Shown here piece by piece: positions 52,102 to 64,000 of a stretch of DNA of 64,000 bases (positions are counted from its first letter, which is position 1; every line of letters begins with the position of its first letter). The stretch comes from Yuukianura sp. NJ FZ-2021. Taxonomy: Eukaryota. A model generated the notes under the pieces. It was given only the letters and a program-made list of their open reading frames with translations. It was not told the origin of the DNA and ran no database searches. The position numbers and the translations under genes are program-made. The stretch covers positions 4,030,001 through 4,094,000 of the forward strand of contig CM102288.1 in the NCBI GenBank assembly GCA_046563655.1. The letters run 5' to 3'.

Positions 52102-52434
52102 TTTCAAAATTTCAAATTATGAAATAAAGTACTAGAACGATGCAAAATTATATAAAAACAAAACGCCGAATAAAAGTATTGTAAATAATCAAAAATATCT
52201 GGAAATTGAGAATTAGTTTTACTCAGGAGAAAGGTTGTGGTCCATCTTTATGACAGCACATTTAGAATCATCACAGTTTAAATCTATTGTTACATTTAGT
52301 TTTTTAGTTGTTAATTTAACTTTAATTACGATATTTGGGAATGATACAATACAATCCAAGTGCTTAAATGTTCTAAACTGTTTGCTTTCTGTCGCTGCAT
52401 TGTGTTGAGCACAACTTTCTAATTTGAAGCCATT

Positions 52435-54537
52435 TCAAGGATCTCGTTCTTCAAAAAGGAGTTGATGCTCCTCTGGTTCCAGAATTAAATTCGTGTAACA
52501 GCGAAGCGATGGCTTTCGTCCAACGATTGACACTTTGAATTTTTGAAAAATGCTAAACCAAAAATCAAAAATTAAAATTTTTCTAAAAATTGTACAAAGT
52601 TCATTTTGGCTTACTTTGCCGTAAAGACAAACAGCATTTCCCTTGCGAGTTGATGAACTATACAAGTTCTTGGACCAATTGAAAACGGAATGAAGGCTTC
52701 ATGTGTCTTATTCAGCGATCCATCAGCGTGGAAGAATCGCTCGGGACGGAAAACGTCTGGATCCCCCCACACATCTTTGTCATGGAACAGCGCCCAGAGG
52801 TCAGATATCACCACGGTGTCCTTCCAGAACAATAAAAAGTTAGGTTAAGGTCAAATGCAAGGTCAAGGGCATGAAAGTACCTTCGGAATAACATAACCAG
52901 CGATTTCTGCAGTTTGTGTCATGCTATGCATGACCCCGAGGGGAAGCGGAGCGACAAAACGGAGTGTTTCCATAATGACGCTCTCTACGTAGATCAATTG
53001 ATTTCTATCTGCAAGTGATGGAAATCTGGACAGGCCAACTACACTCTTGATCTCTTCGTACATCTTATCCTGCATTTCCGGATGGAGGGACACCAAAACA
53101 CAGACCCAGTTCATTGTCCCCGCCACCTAAAGGTCAAATCAAAAGGTCATTGACCTCTAAAGGTAAACCAAAAGGTCATTGACCTTTAAACGCCTTAGGT
53201 TAGGTGTTACTACTCAGTCAGGGACAATCCGGGCTTACCGAATCAGAACCGCCAACGAAAATGTCTTCCAGAGACTTGACACAACTGAGTACTGCAAGTT
53301 TCAGAAAAAAAGTAGGTGAATTTTGAAAAGTTCAAAATTTTGAAAATTAGACCTCCTTCTTCCTTGTAGAATGACGATGTTGGATCAGTAGTTGAATCGA
53401 TTTCTTCACACATTGCGTCCATGATGTCCCGTGGTTCCCCTGGAGTGTATGTCGCCTGTCGCTCCAGAAAAATTTCTGTGATGTAGTCGCATAGTGGTTG
53501 ACCAAATTTGTATGCCGAATTGTAACCACTCAGTTCCGGAAAAGTTTTACTGATCCACGGAAAAGCAAAATGGATGAATAGGTAGACGTAATTTTGAAGA
53601 CTCCTGAAAATTTGAAAACCAAATTCAGGATTTCTCGAAATTTTGAAAACGAAAAAGAACTGAAACCTACTGTATGATGACTTCTGACAGCCACTGGAGC
53701 TTTGGATCCGTTTGATACGTCCGCATTCCAGTAAAAACTCGCCAAGTTGTGTTCAAAATTGCTTAGAATTTTTTTTAGAAAGGAAAATCCAGTATTTAAT
53801 GTTACGAATGAAATTTTGTGATTTTGGGTGAAGAATAATCTAACTTTCCAAAAATTAATTCCCTTTTAAAACCAAATTAATTTTGTTACCGACGTTGAAG
53901 ATGTGTGTGGATTTGCGTGGTTTTCCAATGTCTTTTCGTAGTTTAAGATCCATGAAATCTGTAACTTCTTCTTGAATTACATCTGCAACTGAGTATTTCG
54001 AAGCACGAAAATCTCGTAAATTTTTTAGAATGAATTTCTTCTGTTCCTCGTGATGTCGTAACTGGGCGCTGATGAGACCTCGACAGTACGTTGACCCTAA
54101 GTGAAGTTAAGTTAAAGTTAAAGCTAGTTTAGGACTAGTTTTTTTTAACAGACCTGGTCCAGTTCTGTCCAAGTAGATTTGGAGAACAGGTCGACCTTGA
54201 AATCCGTCCTTGACCAGCATTTGGCGGTTCAGTTTGAGGTCAGTAATGACGACGCATGGCATGTACCCAAAGTCAAACCCAAAAATACCCCCATACTTTT
54301 TACCAATTCGCAAAAATTCTATGTGGGGAGACCGACCGACGGAGAGCAAGTTACCAACGATGGGCCATGAAGTTGGGCCTGTTCAGATTTAATGAAATTT
54401 TACTCTAAGAATTCAAAACTTTTAAAAATTTTGAGCAAAAAGTTACTACCTGGTGGAAATCTCGGCGGACGCTTCCTCCGCGACATGAAAATTATTAGAC
54501 ACAGAACAGAGACGATCAAAACAGTTTCTTCAATCAT
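52435..54537 (-). CDS. Cytochrome P450, clan 2, tandem copy B with atypical motifs
   Basis: Close paralogue of 50142-52101 (shared FTGMRTYQTDPKL and RDIMDxMCEEI). ETLR, PERF and heme region PFSIGPRTCIVH. The reading frame is intact when spliced. Confidence 0.88.
53144..53185. promoter_or_regulatory. Two tandem perfect IR1 palindromes AGGTCAtTGACCT (EcRE-like) in a P450 intron
   Basis: AGGTCAtTGACCT at 53144-53156 and 53173-53185, inside a ~29-bp direct duplication. Confidence 0.4.
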
Positions 54538-55272
54538 GGTCCCAAAATTCAAAACTCAAAAATTCAGAACTTCAAAATACATACAGAACAAAACTACACT
54601 TCGAGGAAGCTTACTTTCTTTTTAATTGTGAACGTAATTGCTCTTGTGAGCTAATTAGAAAGTGGATTGTGGAACTTAATCGGGTTAACTTCAAGTCTAT
54701 TGTCTTTTGGTACACAACAATTTGCTAAGCACACAATCAATACACAAAATTGCTAGTCAAACACACAGCTTCATAAATTTTCAAAGACTGCACTAAACTT
54801 GAGAAATTTTAACGGTCGTGAAAAATAAGTAGGGACTAGGAACAGGAACATATGAAACAGTTAATGAAGTAATTAATGAAAATGACAAAGAGAGCAATCA
54901 GCCATGTCTCTTTTATTGTTTTGAATTTAGCCTCCCCTCCACCTCTACCAAAATTCAAAACGACGAAAAGGCGGGAAATTGACAATTTCAAATTCTGAGT
55001 TTTGAAATTCGAACTTTCGATCGACAAAAACAAAAACACAAAAACAGTAAGATAAACACCGCACCGAACTTGAAAAGCAGCAGCAGCAGTAAACAGGTAG
55101 GTAAACAGTTAACTGTTTAATCATTAGTTACGAACTTTAGTAATCAATTAAATTAGTAATTGGCAGTAGCGTTATTTGTAGACTAACTTTAACATGGTAC
55201 TCCGTACTATATCGTTTATAGACTACTCGTAGTCTACGAGTACGGTGTAAGAGCCACCGAACTGGTCAGGAA

Positions 55273-55773
55273 ATGTCTTCTTTTTCTGCCAATTCTCCGA
55301 GTACGGGCGGAGGAAGTACCGGAAATGATCAGTTACAGCATGCTTCCCCAGCATCAGATCCTTCTGCCTTCGCGTTGTCCGATTTGCTAACCCAGTTGGA
55401 AGAATACAACCCAACGGTAAGGGCTCCAATCATACTTCAATAGCGCAATGTACCGTTTAGGATTTATCCAACTTATCCAAGTGGAATCCTTTTGTTTCAG
55501 TTACCGGATTCCGTTGCCAATCATTTTCTTCATGCTGCTGGATTTGAAGCATCGGATCAACGACTGAGTCGACTCTTAACACTGGTCGCCCAGAAATTTA
55601 TTTCTGACATTGTCAATGACGCTTACACGCATTGCAAACTGAAAGCACCCGTCCCCCAGGGGAAGGTAGGCAAAGGGAAGGCGGACAAGAAGATGACTTT
55701 GACAGTGGAGGACTTGGTCCCAGTTCTGGCAGAACACGGAATAACTATCAAGAAACCACCGTACTTTTTATAA
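55273..55773 (+). CDS. TAF10: TFIID subunit 10
   Basis: LSDLLTQLEEYNPT|LPDSVANHFLHAAGF...AQKFISDIVNDA...TLTVEDL...GITIKKPPYF. Confidence 0.95.
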
Positions 55774-56085
55774 TAGGCAATTTAAAGCAATGGGAATGAG
55801 AGTCAAGGATTCCATAGTTAATACTAATCTTAAGTTAATTCAACATTAAGTTCAGCCTAATTTAAAAAGTAATTGCGGTGTAGGAACTCGATAAACGTTA
55901 AGTTAATGGTATTTAAGTTATTAAACGCTTAACAAAAATTAATGTCATAAGAATAATCTTTTTTTGCTAACAGATGAGTTGAGCTAAAGTTGCTTTTTTT
56001 TTGCGTACAGGATCTTCGTGTCGTGAGAAAAAGTGGGAGTGGGGCTTAGATTCAAATTGAAAAGTGAGGGGAGAAATTCAGAAGC

Positions 56086-58534
56086 ATGTCTTGGTTTTTC
56101 GGATCAAAAGTGCCACAAACGCCGGTGGTCCCACCAGAGTTTGCCCCACCTCCAGGTGGGTCTGGAGCAGGTGGAGATGACCCTCCAAAGAAAGGCCAAG
56201 GTGGAGCTGCAGAATCGTCGTACCGATTTGACTCGGCAGCACTGGAAAGGGCAGCTCAAGCGGCACGGGAATTGGAGAAGTCAAAGCATGCAAAAGAGGT
56301 GAGGCAGAGGCTGATTCGGCTGATGCAATCTTCTAATTTACCGTGATTAGTTGTGATCCCTGACAAATTGATGGAATTAAACTGATTTGATTGTTTTGAT
56401 TTAGGCCTTGGACCTTGCCAAGATCCAGGAAGTGACGAAACAGAAGGATCTCGATGCTCAGATCGCTCAATTCCAGGCACATACCGAAGCATCGAAGCTT
56501 GATGCAGTCCGTGTAGCAGCTGAGGAGCGTAGAAAGATTCTACAGGAAGAAGCTAAGATTCATCAACAGAAAGCACAATATGAAGATCAGCTGGCCCGTC
56601 GGAGGTAACATCGTTTAGAAAGTGACACTAATCGAACAAATTATCTAACTTCTTGTGTATCTTTTTAGGTACCAAGATCAGCTGGAGCAGCAACGAGTTG
56701 CCAATGAAGAAAATCTTAGGAGGACCGAGGAATCTGTGGCCAAACAGGAACAAATCAGACAACAAACGTTTCAGAGGGAACTCCAGATGCGGGAACAAGA
56801 GAGGAGAGCCAGAATCAAGGAAGAGGCTGAAATCAAAGCCAAGGTTAAACATTCATCTCAAGGTTTAGCATGTCAAAGTACCCGTTACATATCAACTAAC
56901 AGTTATCCTTGGATTTGTAGGTCGAGAGAGAAAACCGTGACATTTACTTGGAACAGCTACGACTGAAGGCACAGGAATCCCGTGTGACGACGCTGGAATC
57001 AATCAAGTATCAATATTTTGCTTAGCTTGGCAATGACAATAAGCTATTTCACTAGAATCTTTTACTGTCCTGTATTTCAGAACCATTGGATCTGTCGTGG
57101 GAACTGGACTGCATGCCTTTGTATCTGATTGGGACAAAATGGTTCAAGCAGCGGGAGCCATGACACTCTTGGCACTCGGAGTCTACACTGCCAAAAACAC
57201 TACTTACTTGGCTGCTCGTAGGCTGGAAGCCATCATGGGAAAACCATCTCTTGTCCGAGAAACTTCCAGATTCTCACCGCTTGAATTTCTGAAGCATCCA
57301 ATTACCACTGCAAAGAGGTCATTTGGTAAACCAGAAGAAGCACTCGAGGGAGTCGTACTTCATCCCAAACTGGAAGAGAGACTCAGGGATGTCGCCATTG
57401 CTACTAAGAACACTCGGCAAAACAAAGGCAGTCATCGCAATGTCATGTTCTATGGACCTCCGGGTAACTGTGACCTCTGACCTTAACTTTAATATCATGT
57501 CATTCCAAATCGCCGTCTAACAATTTTTTCCTTCATAGGTACTGGAAAGACGTTATTTGCAAAGGTAGCCACTGCTTCTTGTTGAAAAACGACCGTTGGA
57601 AAGACGGTTGGTGTGTTTTGAAAACAAAAGAGAGACTAATTGTTTCTCATGTTGTTTCCAGCGACTAGCAACTCATTCTGGAATGGACTACGCTTTGCTG
57701 AGTGGAGGTGACGTTGGCCCGTTGGGAAAAGACGGAGTGACAGCAATCCACAAAGTGTTTGATTGGGCTCAGGCTTCTCGTCGTGGCCTTATTTTGTTCC
57801 TTGATGAGGCTGATGCATTCCTTCGGAAACGAAGTGCTGAGAAAATGAGCGAAGAAATGAGAAGTGCTCTCAACGCTTTTCTCTATCGAACTGGAGAACA
57901 GGTACATAACTTTTGAGATCGTCAGCGATTGCTTTCATTTGAGAAATGAGACGAGAACTTACACATTTTTCGGATCATTTGAGCTTGTTTTAGTTTGTGA
58001 AAAGTTTACTTTGTTCTTTTGCTATTTCAGTCCCAGAAAGTGATGGTAGTTTTGGCATCCAATGCTCCGGAACAACTGGACTTTGCTGTCAACGATCGAA
58101 TTGATGAAATGGTTCACTTCATTTTGCCGGGAAGAGATGAGCGAGATCGTCTTGTTCGACTGTACTTTGACAAATTCATTCTGCAAGTAGCTGACAAACG
58201 GGGATCACGTCTCAAATTAGCCGAGTTTAATTACTCTGACGCTTGTGGGAAGGTGGCAGCCATTTGTGAAGGCATGAGTGGCAGAGAAATTGCGAAATTA
58301 GGAGCTGCTTGGCAGGTAAAGTTCAGTAATTGCTTTTCAAAATCACTTCTGTCAGTTTTACGCTCAGTTACTATGTATTTTTGAATTATTTTGAAGGCTG
58401 GAGCTTTTGCTTCTGAAGATGGCATTTTTACGAGTCAAATGATGTTTGAAAAGGCGGAGGATGCTTCAAAACAACACAAACAAAAGACAGATTGGTTAGC
58501 AGATTCCGAACGGTCCAAAACATTTGCTGTTTAG
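56086..58534 (+). CDS. ATAD3: ATPase family AAA domain-containing protein 3 (bor/ATAD3)
   Basis: [18 protein letters not shown], coiled coil, [11 protein letters not shown], Walker A GPPG|TGKT (26-nt microexon 57539-57564), Walker B LFLDEAD and [10 protein letters not shown]. Stop TAG 58532-58534. Confidence 0.96.
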
Positions 58535-58689
58535 AAAATCCAAGTTCCAAAATGTGTAGCTTTTTAGTTGAGATTTCCTTACAAGTATAATAAAACTACT
58601 AAAAGTTAGTTTCAAAATATTTCATAAAGTCAATTTTTACTTTTTAAAAATTCTGCATATTTTTCTGAGTCCGGGCTTAAAGACCTTAC

Positions 58690-60955
58690 CTCTCTAGCTG
58701 CTTCCGTTCCCGAGATATGAATTTCGAAAGTTTGTACGACAGAGATTTGAGATTGTTTTGTTATGGTTCTGCTGGGATTTTGTGCGGAGCAGATCGGAGA
58801 TTAGGCGAAGCAAAAAGGTTCCTCTCCTTCCTCAACTTTTTCGCCGCCGGTTGCCTTCCATACAAAAATCCCAAAAGCAGAAAAGGGCTACGTGCCCTTT
58901 TGCTCCGTATAATCCCCTGTCTGCTTTTCTCCTCTTCCAAAGGCCTCCCATGTAAAACACTCTTTCAAAAACTTCAAAATCACAAGGACAATTCCCATTT
59001 TAGAAAATTCTAAAAATTTGCACTTTGTTGCAATTTCTGCAACTCCATCGACCAGTTCAAGTTGCAAAACAGTATTTCACGTAATTTAGTGCAAAATTTT
59101 CGCAAAACAACGCACATTAAAAATATTCGCGTTTTGAAAAAATTTCGCAGTTTTGCAGAAAGTTCAGCCTCAGCCGGGTAAAATTGCAAAGTTTCGCATA
59201 ATTTGGTGCAAAAAGCCACCAAACAATGCAATTTCAAAATTTTGTTTAATTTTCAAAAATTGGGAAAGCCAATTTTCGGAGAGTTCCTCAAAGCTGTACG
59301 AAAAATTAATAATTTTAGAAAAAGGTAAACCTGTATTGCATACATAGACTGAATTATTTTGAATTTTAACTAGCGTCTAAACCAAATCGGCAAAAGTTTC
59401 ATTTTCATTAAACAAAACGTTTATATTGTCAGCATTACAGTGATTGTGATTTCTGTGAATCAAGCGCTCAGTTCATTGTTACAAAACAGTATTTCATGCA
59501 ATTTGGTGCAAAAATTTCGCAAAAAAAGCACCTTCAAAATTTTGCCGAAAGTTGAACAAAATCCATGGACTATATATAACTTCATGGATTTTGTTAAAAA
59601 TTCGTAAAATGTTCGATTTCTGTTTTATGGATATAAAATATTCTTGAAGATCTGTAGCGAAGAAATTGGCAATTTATTGCATTTCGTTCGTATCTGAATT
59701 TCAAAGTTTTTGGATTTTCTGGATTTTTGGAAAGAGATTTTCCATTGTGGAGGGTAGGCTTCGCTTAGAAACTGTGCGGAGCTATGCGGAGATTAGGCGA
59801 TTCAAAAAGGTTCCTCTCCTTCCTCAACTTTTTCGCCGCCGGTTGCCTTCCCATACAAAAATCCCAAAAGCAGAAGAGGGCTACCTGCCCCTTTGCTCCG
59901 TATAATCCCCTGTCTGCTTTTCTCCTCTTCCAAAGGCCTCCAATGTAAAAACACTCTTTCAAAAACTTCAAAATCACAAGGACAATTCGCATTTAGAAAA
60001 TTCTAAAAATTTGCACTTTGTTGCAATTTCTGCAACTCCATCGACCAGTTCAAGTTGCAAAACAGTATTTCACGTAATGTAGTGCAAAATTTTCGCAAAA
60101 AGACGCACATTAAAAATATTCGCGTTTTGAAAAAATTCCGCAGTTTTGCAGAAAGTTCAGCCTCAGCCGCGTAAAATTGCAAAGTTTCAAATAATTTGGT
60201 GCAAAAAGCCACCAAACAATGCAATGTCAAAATTTTGATTAATTTTGAAAAATGGGAAAGCCAATTTTCGGAGAGGCCTTCAAAGCTGTATGAAAAATGA
60301 ATAATTTCAAGAAAGGTAAACCTGTATGAAAGCCTTAGACTGAATTATTTTTAATTTTGACTAGCGTCTAAACCAAATTTTAAAAAAAAAAATTGAATTT
60401 GGAATTTGGTACAGAAACTTCGCAAAAAACACAACTTGAAAATTTTGCCGAAATTTGAAAAAAAAATCCATGGACTATATATAGTTTAGGGATTTTGTTA
60501 AAAATTAATACAAATTTATTTGCTTAAAATATTTTTAAGATTATTCTGAATTTATGTGTGAAGAGATTAGCTCTCTAACACAATCCGTTCCTAGGATATG
60601 AATTTTGAAAGTTTTTGAATGTTCTGAATTTTTGGAAAGAGATTTTCTATTGTGGAGGGGTAGGCTCTGTTTGGAAACTGACCGGAGTTATGCGGAGATT
60701 AGGCGACCCGAAAAGGTTCCTCTCCTTTCTCATTTTTTTTGCCGCCGCTTGTCGTTCGATACAAAAACCAGAGAAGGGGAAGCCCTTTTCGCTCCGTACA
60801 ATTCCCTATCTCAAATCGACTAAAATTCACTCCGGACACTTTTTAATTTCTCGAATCACAAAATTCCAAAAAATCCAATTTTGTTGCAATTCATGCCACT
60901 CCATCGACCGGTTAAGTTGCAGAAACAAATTTTCCATACGTTAGTGCAAAAATTA
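58690..60955. repeat. Tandem array of a ~0.9-1.0 kb unit (two full copies plus a partial, more diverged third)
   Basis: The anchor ggagattaggcga lies at 58796, 59788 and 60694 (periods 992 and 906). Copies 1 and 2 share long near-identical blocks (~58810-59385 vs ~59800-60378). Confidence 0.92.
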
Positions 60956-61662
60956 ATCACTTCATCAATAAGAATCCACTGAAATGAAGAAAATTGACCA
61001 ACTCTCCTTTATTCTTACCAACTCCGTTTCACAAGGCAAGAACTCTTAACTTTCTTCAACTTCCTTAACCTGGGTAACTTTTACTTAGTGAATTGGGAAT
61101 CTTAGCTTTAACATGCGGTAACAGAATAAATACGCCTTCCCAGTTCAGTTGACATATAAAAATCAAGACATTAACACGTACAAAATCTTAATTAAGTTCT
61201 TAATTCTTCGTCCTTAGAACATGCATTTAACACCTTTGCTTTTAAGAACTTGCTGCTTGTGGAGGGCTGCCTTCGTTTTCAAAAAGTGGCAGAAAAGTAA
61301 GCACCAATTCCAAGATGGCGTCCATTGGCGACGTAGTTAGCAGCAGGAGACAATTGACTAGGATTGGTAGTGGTACAATGGGAACGGAGTACTCCAACTC
61401 AGCCGATACTTGTCCAGTATTCAACATTCCTTGTTTTGTGATTGAGGTTATTCGTAAAATACTTAAATTATCACCATAAATTGCACTGATTGGAGAATTG
61501 ATTCAGTAGGTGCTAATTAGGAGCTTAGCTCATTAATTGTAAAAAAGTGGTTGGTAGTCCCACGAGTAATTAACATGTAGTTTCAAAATATGCTTGAGAG
61601 TTTGGCGTAAGTAGAAGCCAGAATCTTGAAAGATTTGAAACAAGAGTACATGCACAGTGATT

Positions 61663-64000
61663 CTAACTGATTTTCAAAGGCCAACCGATTTTTGCGTCCA
61701 TTCTTTTGTAGGCGAGGGCCGTCATGCTGTCTTCCAGAAATCTGGAAACCAATTCACCCTCGGGGCAAAGTTTTTCTGAAAATTCAAAGAAAACATTCAT
61801 ACATCAACATTTTCTTTTTAAAATTAGAAACTAGTGAAGAATTACCTTCGCCATCTTTAATTCTGACAAGAACGTAGTCACCGGGATTAGCAATTCCAAC
61901 TTTGGATGCAACAATTTTCGCAACATCTTTTGTTGTCGTTGTGTCGCGAATTGGAACCATTTTCCTGTTGAGCACCCAAATATTCAATTGACAAAAGTTT
62001 TCTTCAACTTTCTCGTTCTCTATTCTCTAAAACATAATTTCATGCTCCACATACCGAATCAGCGTCCCATTTCTCTCGTCTGGAACAATGACCCTGATGG
62101 AAGTGAGAGTTGAGCTGCCTTTGCGATCCTTCCGAAATTTGAGTGCCGCTAGGGCTGATTGTAGCAAAGAAATTGAGTAATTGTTTTGATCAGCCAGAGC
62201 TCTCGGAAGAAGTCCGATCATATAGTCCACGTGAGATTCCATGTTACGACCACAAACACAACTCATCACTTCTGACAGCAGCGGAAGAAAGGAATCCGTA
62301 GAGTAATTGTCCATCTCTTGTACCTGAAAAATTAGCAAAATTAATCAAAACTTCCAAATACAATTCGAATTTTCTCCAGATCTTGCTCACCTCGCAAACA
62401 AATTCGTTCCATTTGTCCAATTTCTTGATGGGAGAAACAAAGTCTTCAAAAGCGACGATAATTTTCCTCAGTTTGTCATAAGACTCTTGTTTCATGGCGT
62501 CTGTTCCAGCAATGGCAGTGAAGGAAAAGGGGTACGAGGGGAATGGAGGGTCAGCGACCTTGAGAGGTTCACTCGCTTTGTCGTAGTGGGTTTGAAGAAG
62601 TCCACGGATATGCGTATTGAGGGGAGAAATGACCAAGTCCACTAAAACTTCTTCCAAAATGGCGTCAATGTTTAAAAATTCGCATTCATTGAGTAGTTCT
62701 CGTTGTCGTTTGATTTCGTTCCGAAGTTCGGCACTTTCCGGACTCACTCCTACGAGGTAATTCTTCATTCCACTGATAAATTGTCTAACGTTCTGCATCA
62801 CTTTCTGTAAATCAAAATCACACATTCGAATAAAATCCTCAGAAACTGAAACTTTCAAAGACTTTTGTTTTGAAAAACTCACGAAAGGATCTTGGCTTTT
62901 GGCAGCGATTGTACACGAAATAAAACTTTTCAGCGTCGGTCCGAAGAAATCAGATCCATTTTCCGCCAAATCCCGAACTACAGCAGCTATCGTTTTCCCA
63001 GCCTTGTCAACGTTTCCGCTCACTTCCAAAATTTTTGAAATCTACGACAATCAAAAACTGTCAAACCGAAGACTCCATTTAAAAAAAAGTTCGTTAAAAA
63101 TGACTCACTCTTTGTCTCGATTCCGAAATTAGTTTGCTCTCTCGACTCCTGAGTTCTCTTCCGACACCATAAAAATTTCCAGGATCCAGAAGCGTCGTTG
63201 TGGTCGTTGTATTTTCTGGAACTTGAATTGCATCTAGTTGATGCGTCGACTCAGAGACCATTCTGAGTAAATTTTCCCACTTTGAAGAGTCCCATGGAGC
63301 AGAAATCCTTTCTTCCTTATTTTCTAAATCTGACATTTCGTCTCCACCACAACCACTGCCGCCGCCATGCTCAAACTCCGGTTCGCCTTCTGGAAGATCT
63401 CTGGAGTCCAAATTGTCATATCTCGAGAACCGATGGCAACTGAGAGTCGGATGATTCATGTTCATTTGGTCTTCGTCCTGACTCAAGTCTCCTCCATTGT
63501 TATTCGAGTAGTCAACGCACGTCTGACCCACTGGAACTGGAAACTTCTGACTCGCCAGCATCATCCCTTCAGCGTCTCCCTTTTCCCAATTCACAAACTC
63601 CCCTGTTTCAACAAAACAATTTTCAAAATCTAAAAAACTTATCATTCAATGTGTTGATCAATTATTCTAAAAGTTTACATGAGTTGTCCAAGTGCCAAGA
63701 CGTATTAGTAGACACTTCCAAAATTTCATGTTCTTGCCTCCGCTCCTTTTCTATTTTCAAATTGAGATCCGTTGAGCGTTTTCTCGGAGCAGGTTTTGGT
63801 TTAACTGCAAACAAAACACACAAGCAAAGATTAAATTTTTCACACACAATGATCATGTTAAGAGGTCTTTGCTCTTCGGTTTGTAAAACTTGCCAATATT
63901 TTTGTTGGCAGTGGAGAGAGTAATCGTGGTCTCATTTTTATACGTCGCAACTCCTGTGCCTGAGCTCTGCTCTTCCGTCGGTGACACTTGCATATTCACA
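61663..64000 (-). CDS. Ras and Rab interactor (RIN/sprint)-like: RIN-homology + divergent VPS9 + RA domain, 5'-partial
   Basis: VMQNVRQFISGMKNYLV, EFLNIDAILEEVL, VPS9-like STDSFLPLL, RA domain IRVIVPDE...TTTKDVAKIVA...DYVL, and C-terminal AYKRMDAKIGWP. Stop at 61663. Confidence 0.85.

Noticed and set aside
10104..58534. Clustering of mitochondrial-function genes (PGAM5, OSCP, PUS1, ATAD3)
   Set aside because: They are interspersed with unrelated genes on both strands, as expected by chance in a gene-dense region.
58717..60944. Repeated short ORFs in the tandem array as a transposase or peptide family
   Set aside because: Reading frames are not preserved between copies and there are no transposase or RT motifs. 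They are by-products of the repeat.
58690..60955. CRISPR-like array, or a firm HDV/hammerhead ribozyme call
   Set aside because: There is no short-repeat/unique-spacer pattern. There is no CUGANGA/GAAA hammerhead core, and I could not build a consistent HDV pseudoknot by eye.
61242..61427. 61-aa hydrophobic minus-strand ORF
   Set aside because: No recognisable homology or clear gene structure. It is probably within the 3' region of the RIN-like gene.

Overview
AT-rich, gene-dense eukaryotic genomic DNA. Most introns are about 55-110 nt. The protein similarities point to an arthropod, and the compact style would fit a springtail (inference). The supplied ORF track ignores introns, so I assembled gene models by hand from splice sites and protein motifs. 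There are about 20 protein-coding genes, in order: P5B ATPase (ATP13A, 5'-partial), a SAMD1/KAT6-like WH-WH-double-PHD-SAM chromatin protein, PGAM5, dishevelled, ATP synthase OSCP, myophilin, an orphan secreted acidic protein, C1GALT1, a ClC-2-like channel, PUS1, PARG, a GXYLT-like GT8 enzyme, a clan-2 P450, a PEA3-type ETS factor, a signal-peptide-bearing CRAL-TRIO protein, two more tandem P450s, TAF10, ATAD3 and a RIN/sprint-like gene (5'-partial). Non-coding highlights are two box H/ACA snoRNAs in OSCP introns (one with an 18S-complementary pocket like SNORA14), a ~1 kb tandem repeat with a conserved fold-back core, a GC-AG intron, tandem perfect IR1 (EcRE-like) palindromes in a P450 intron, and uORF-rich leaders. 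I saw no prokaryotic-type systems (CRISPR, operons, IS). All similarity statements are from recalled motifs, not database searches.
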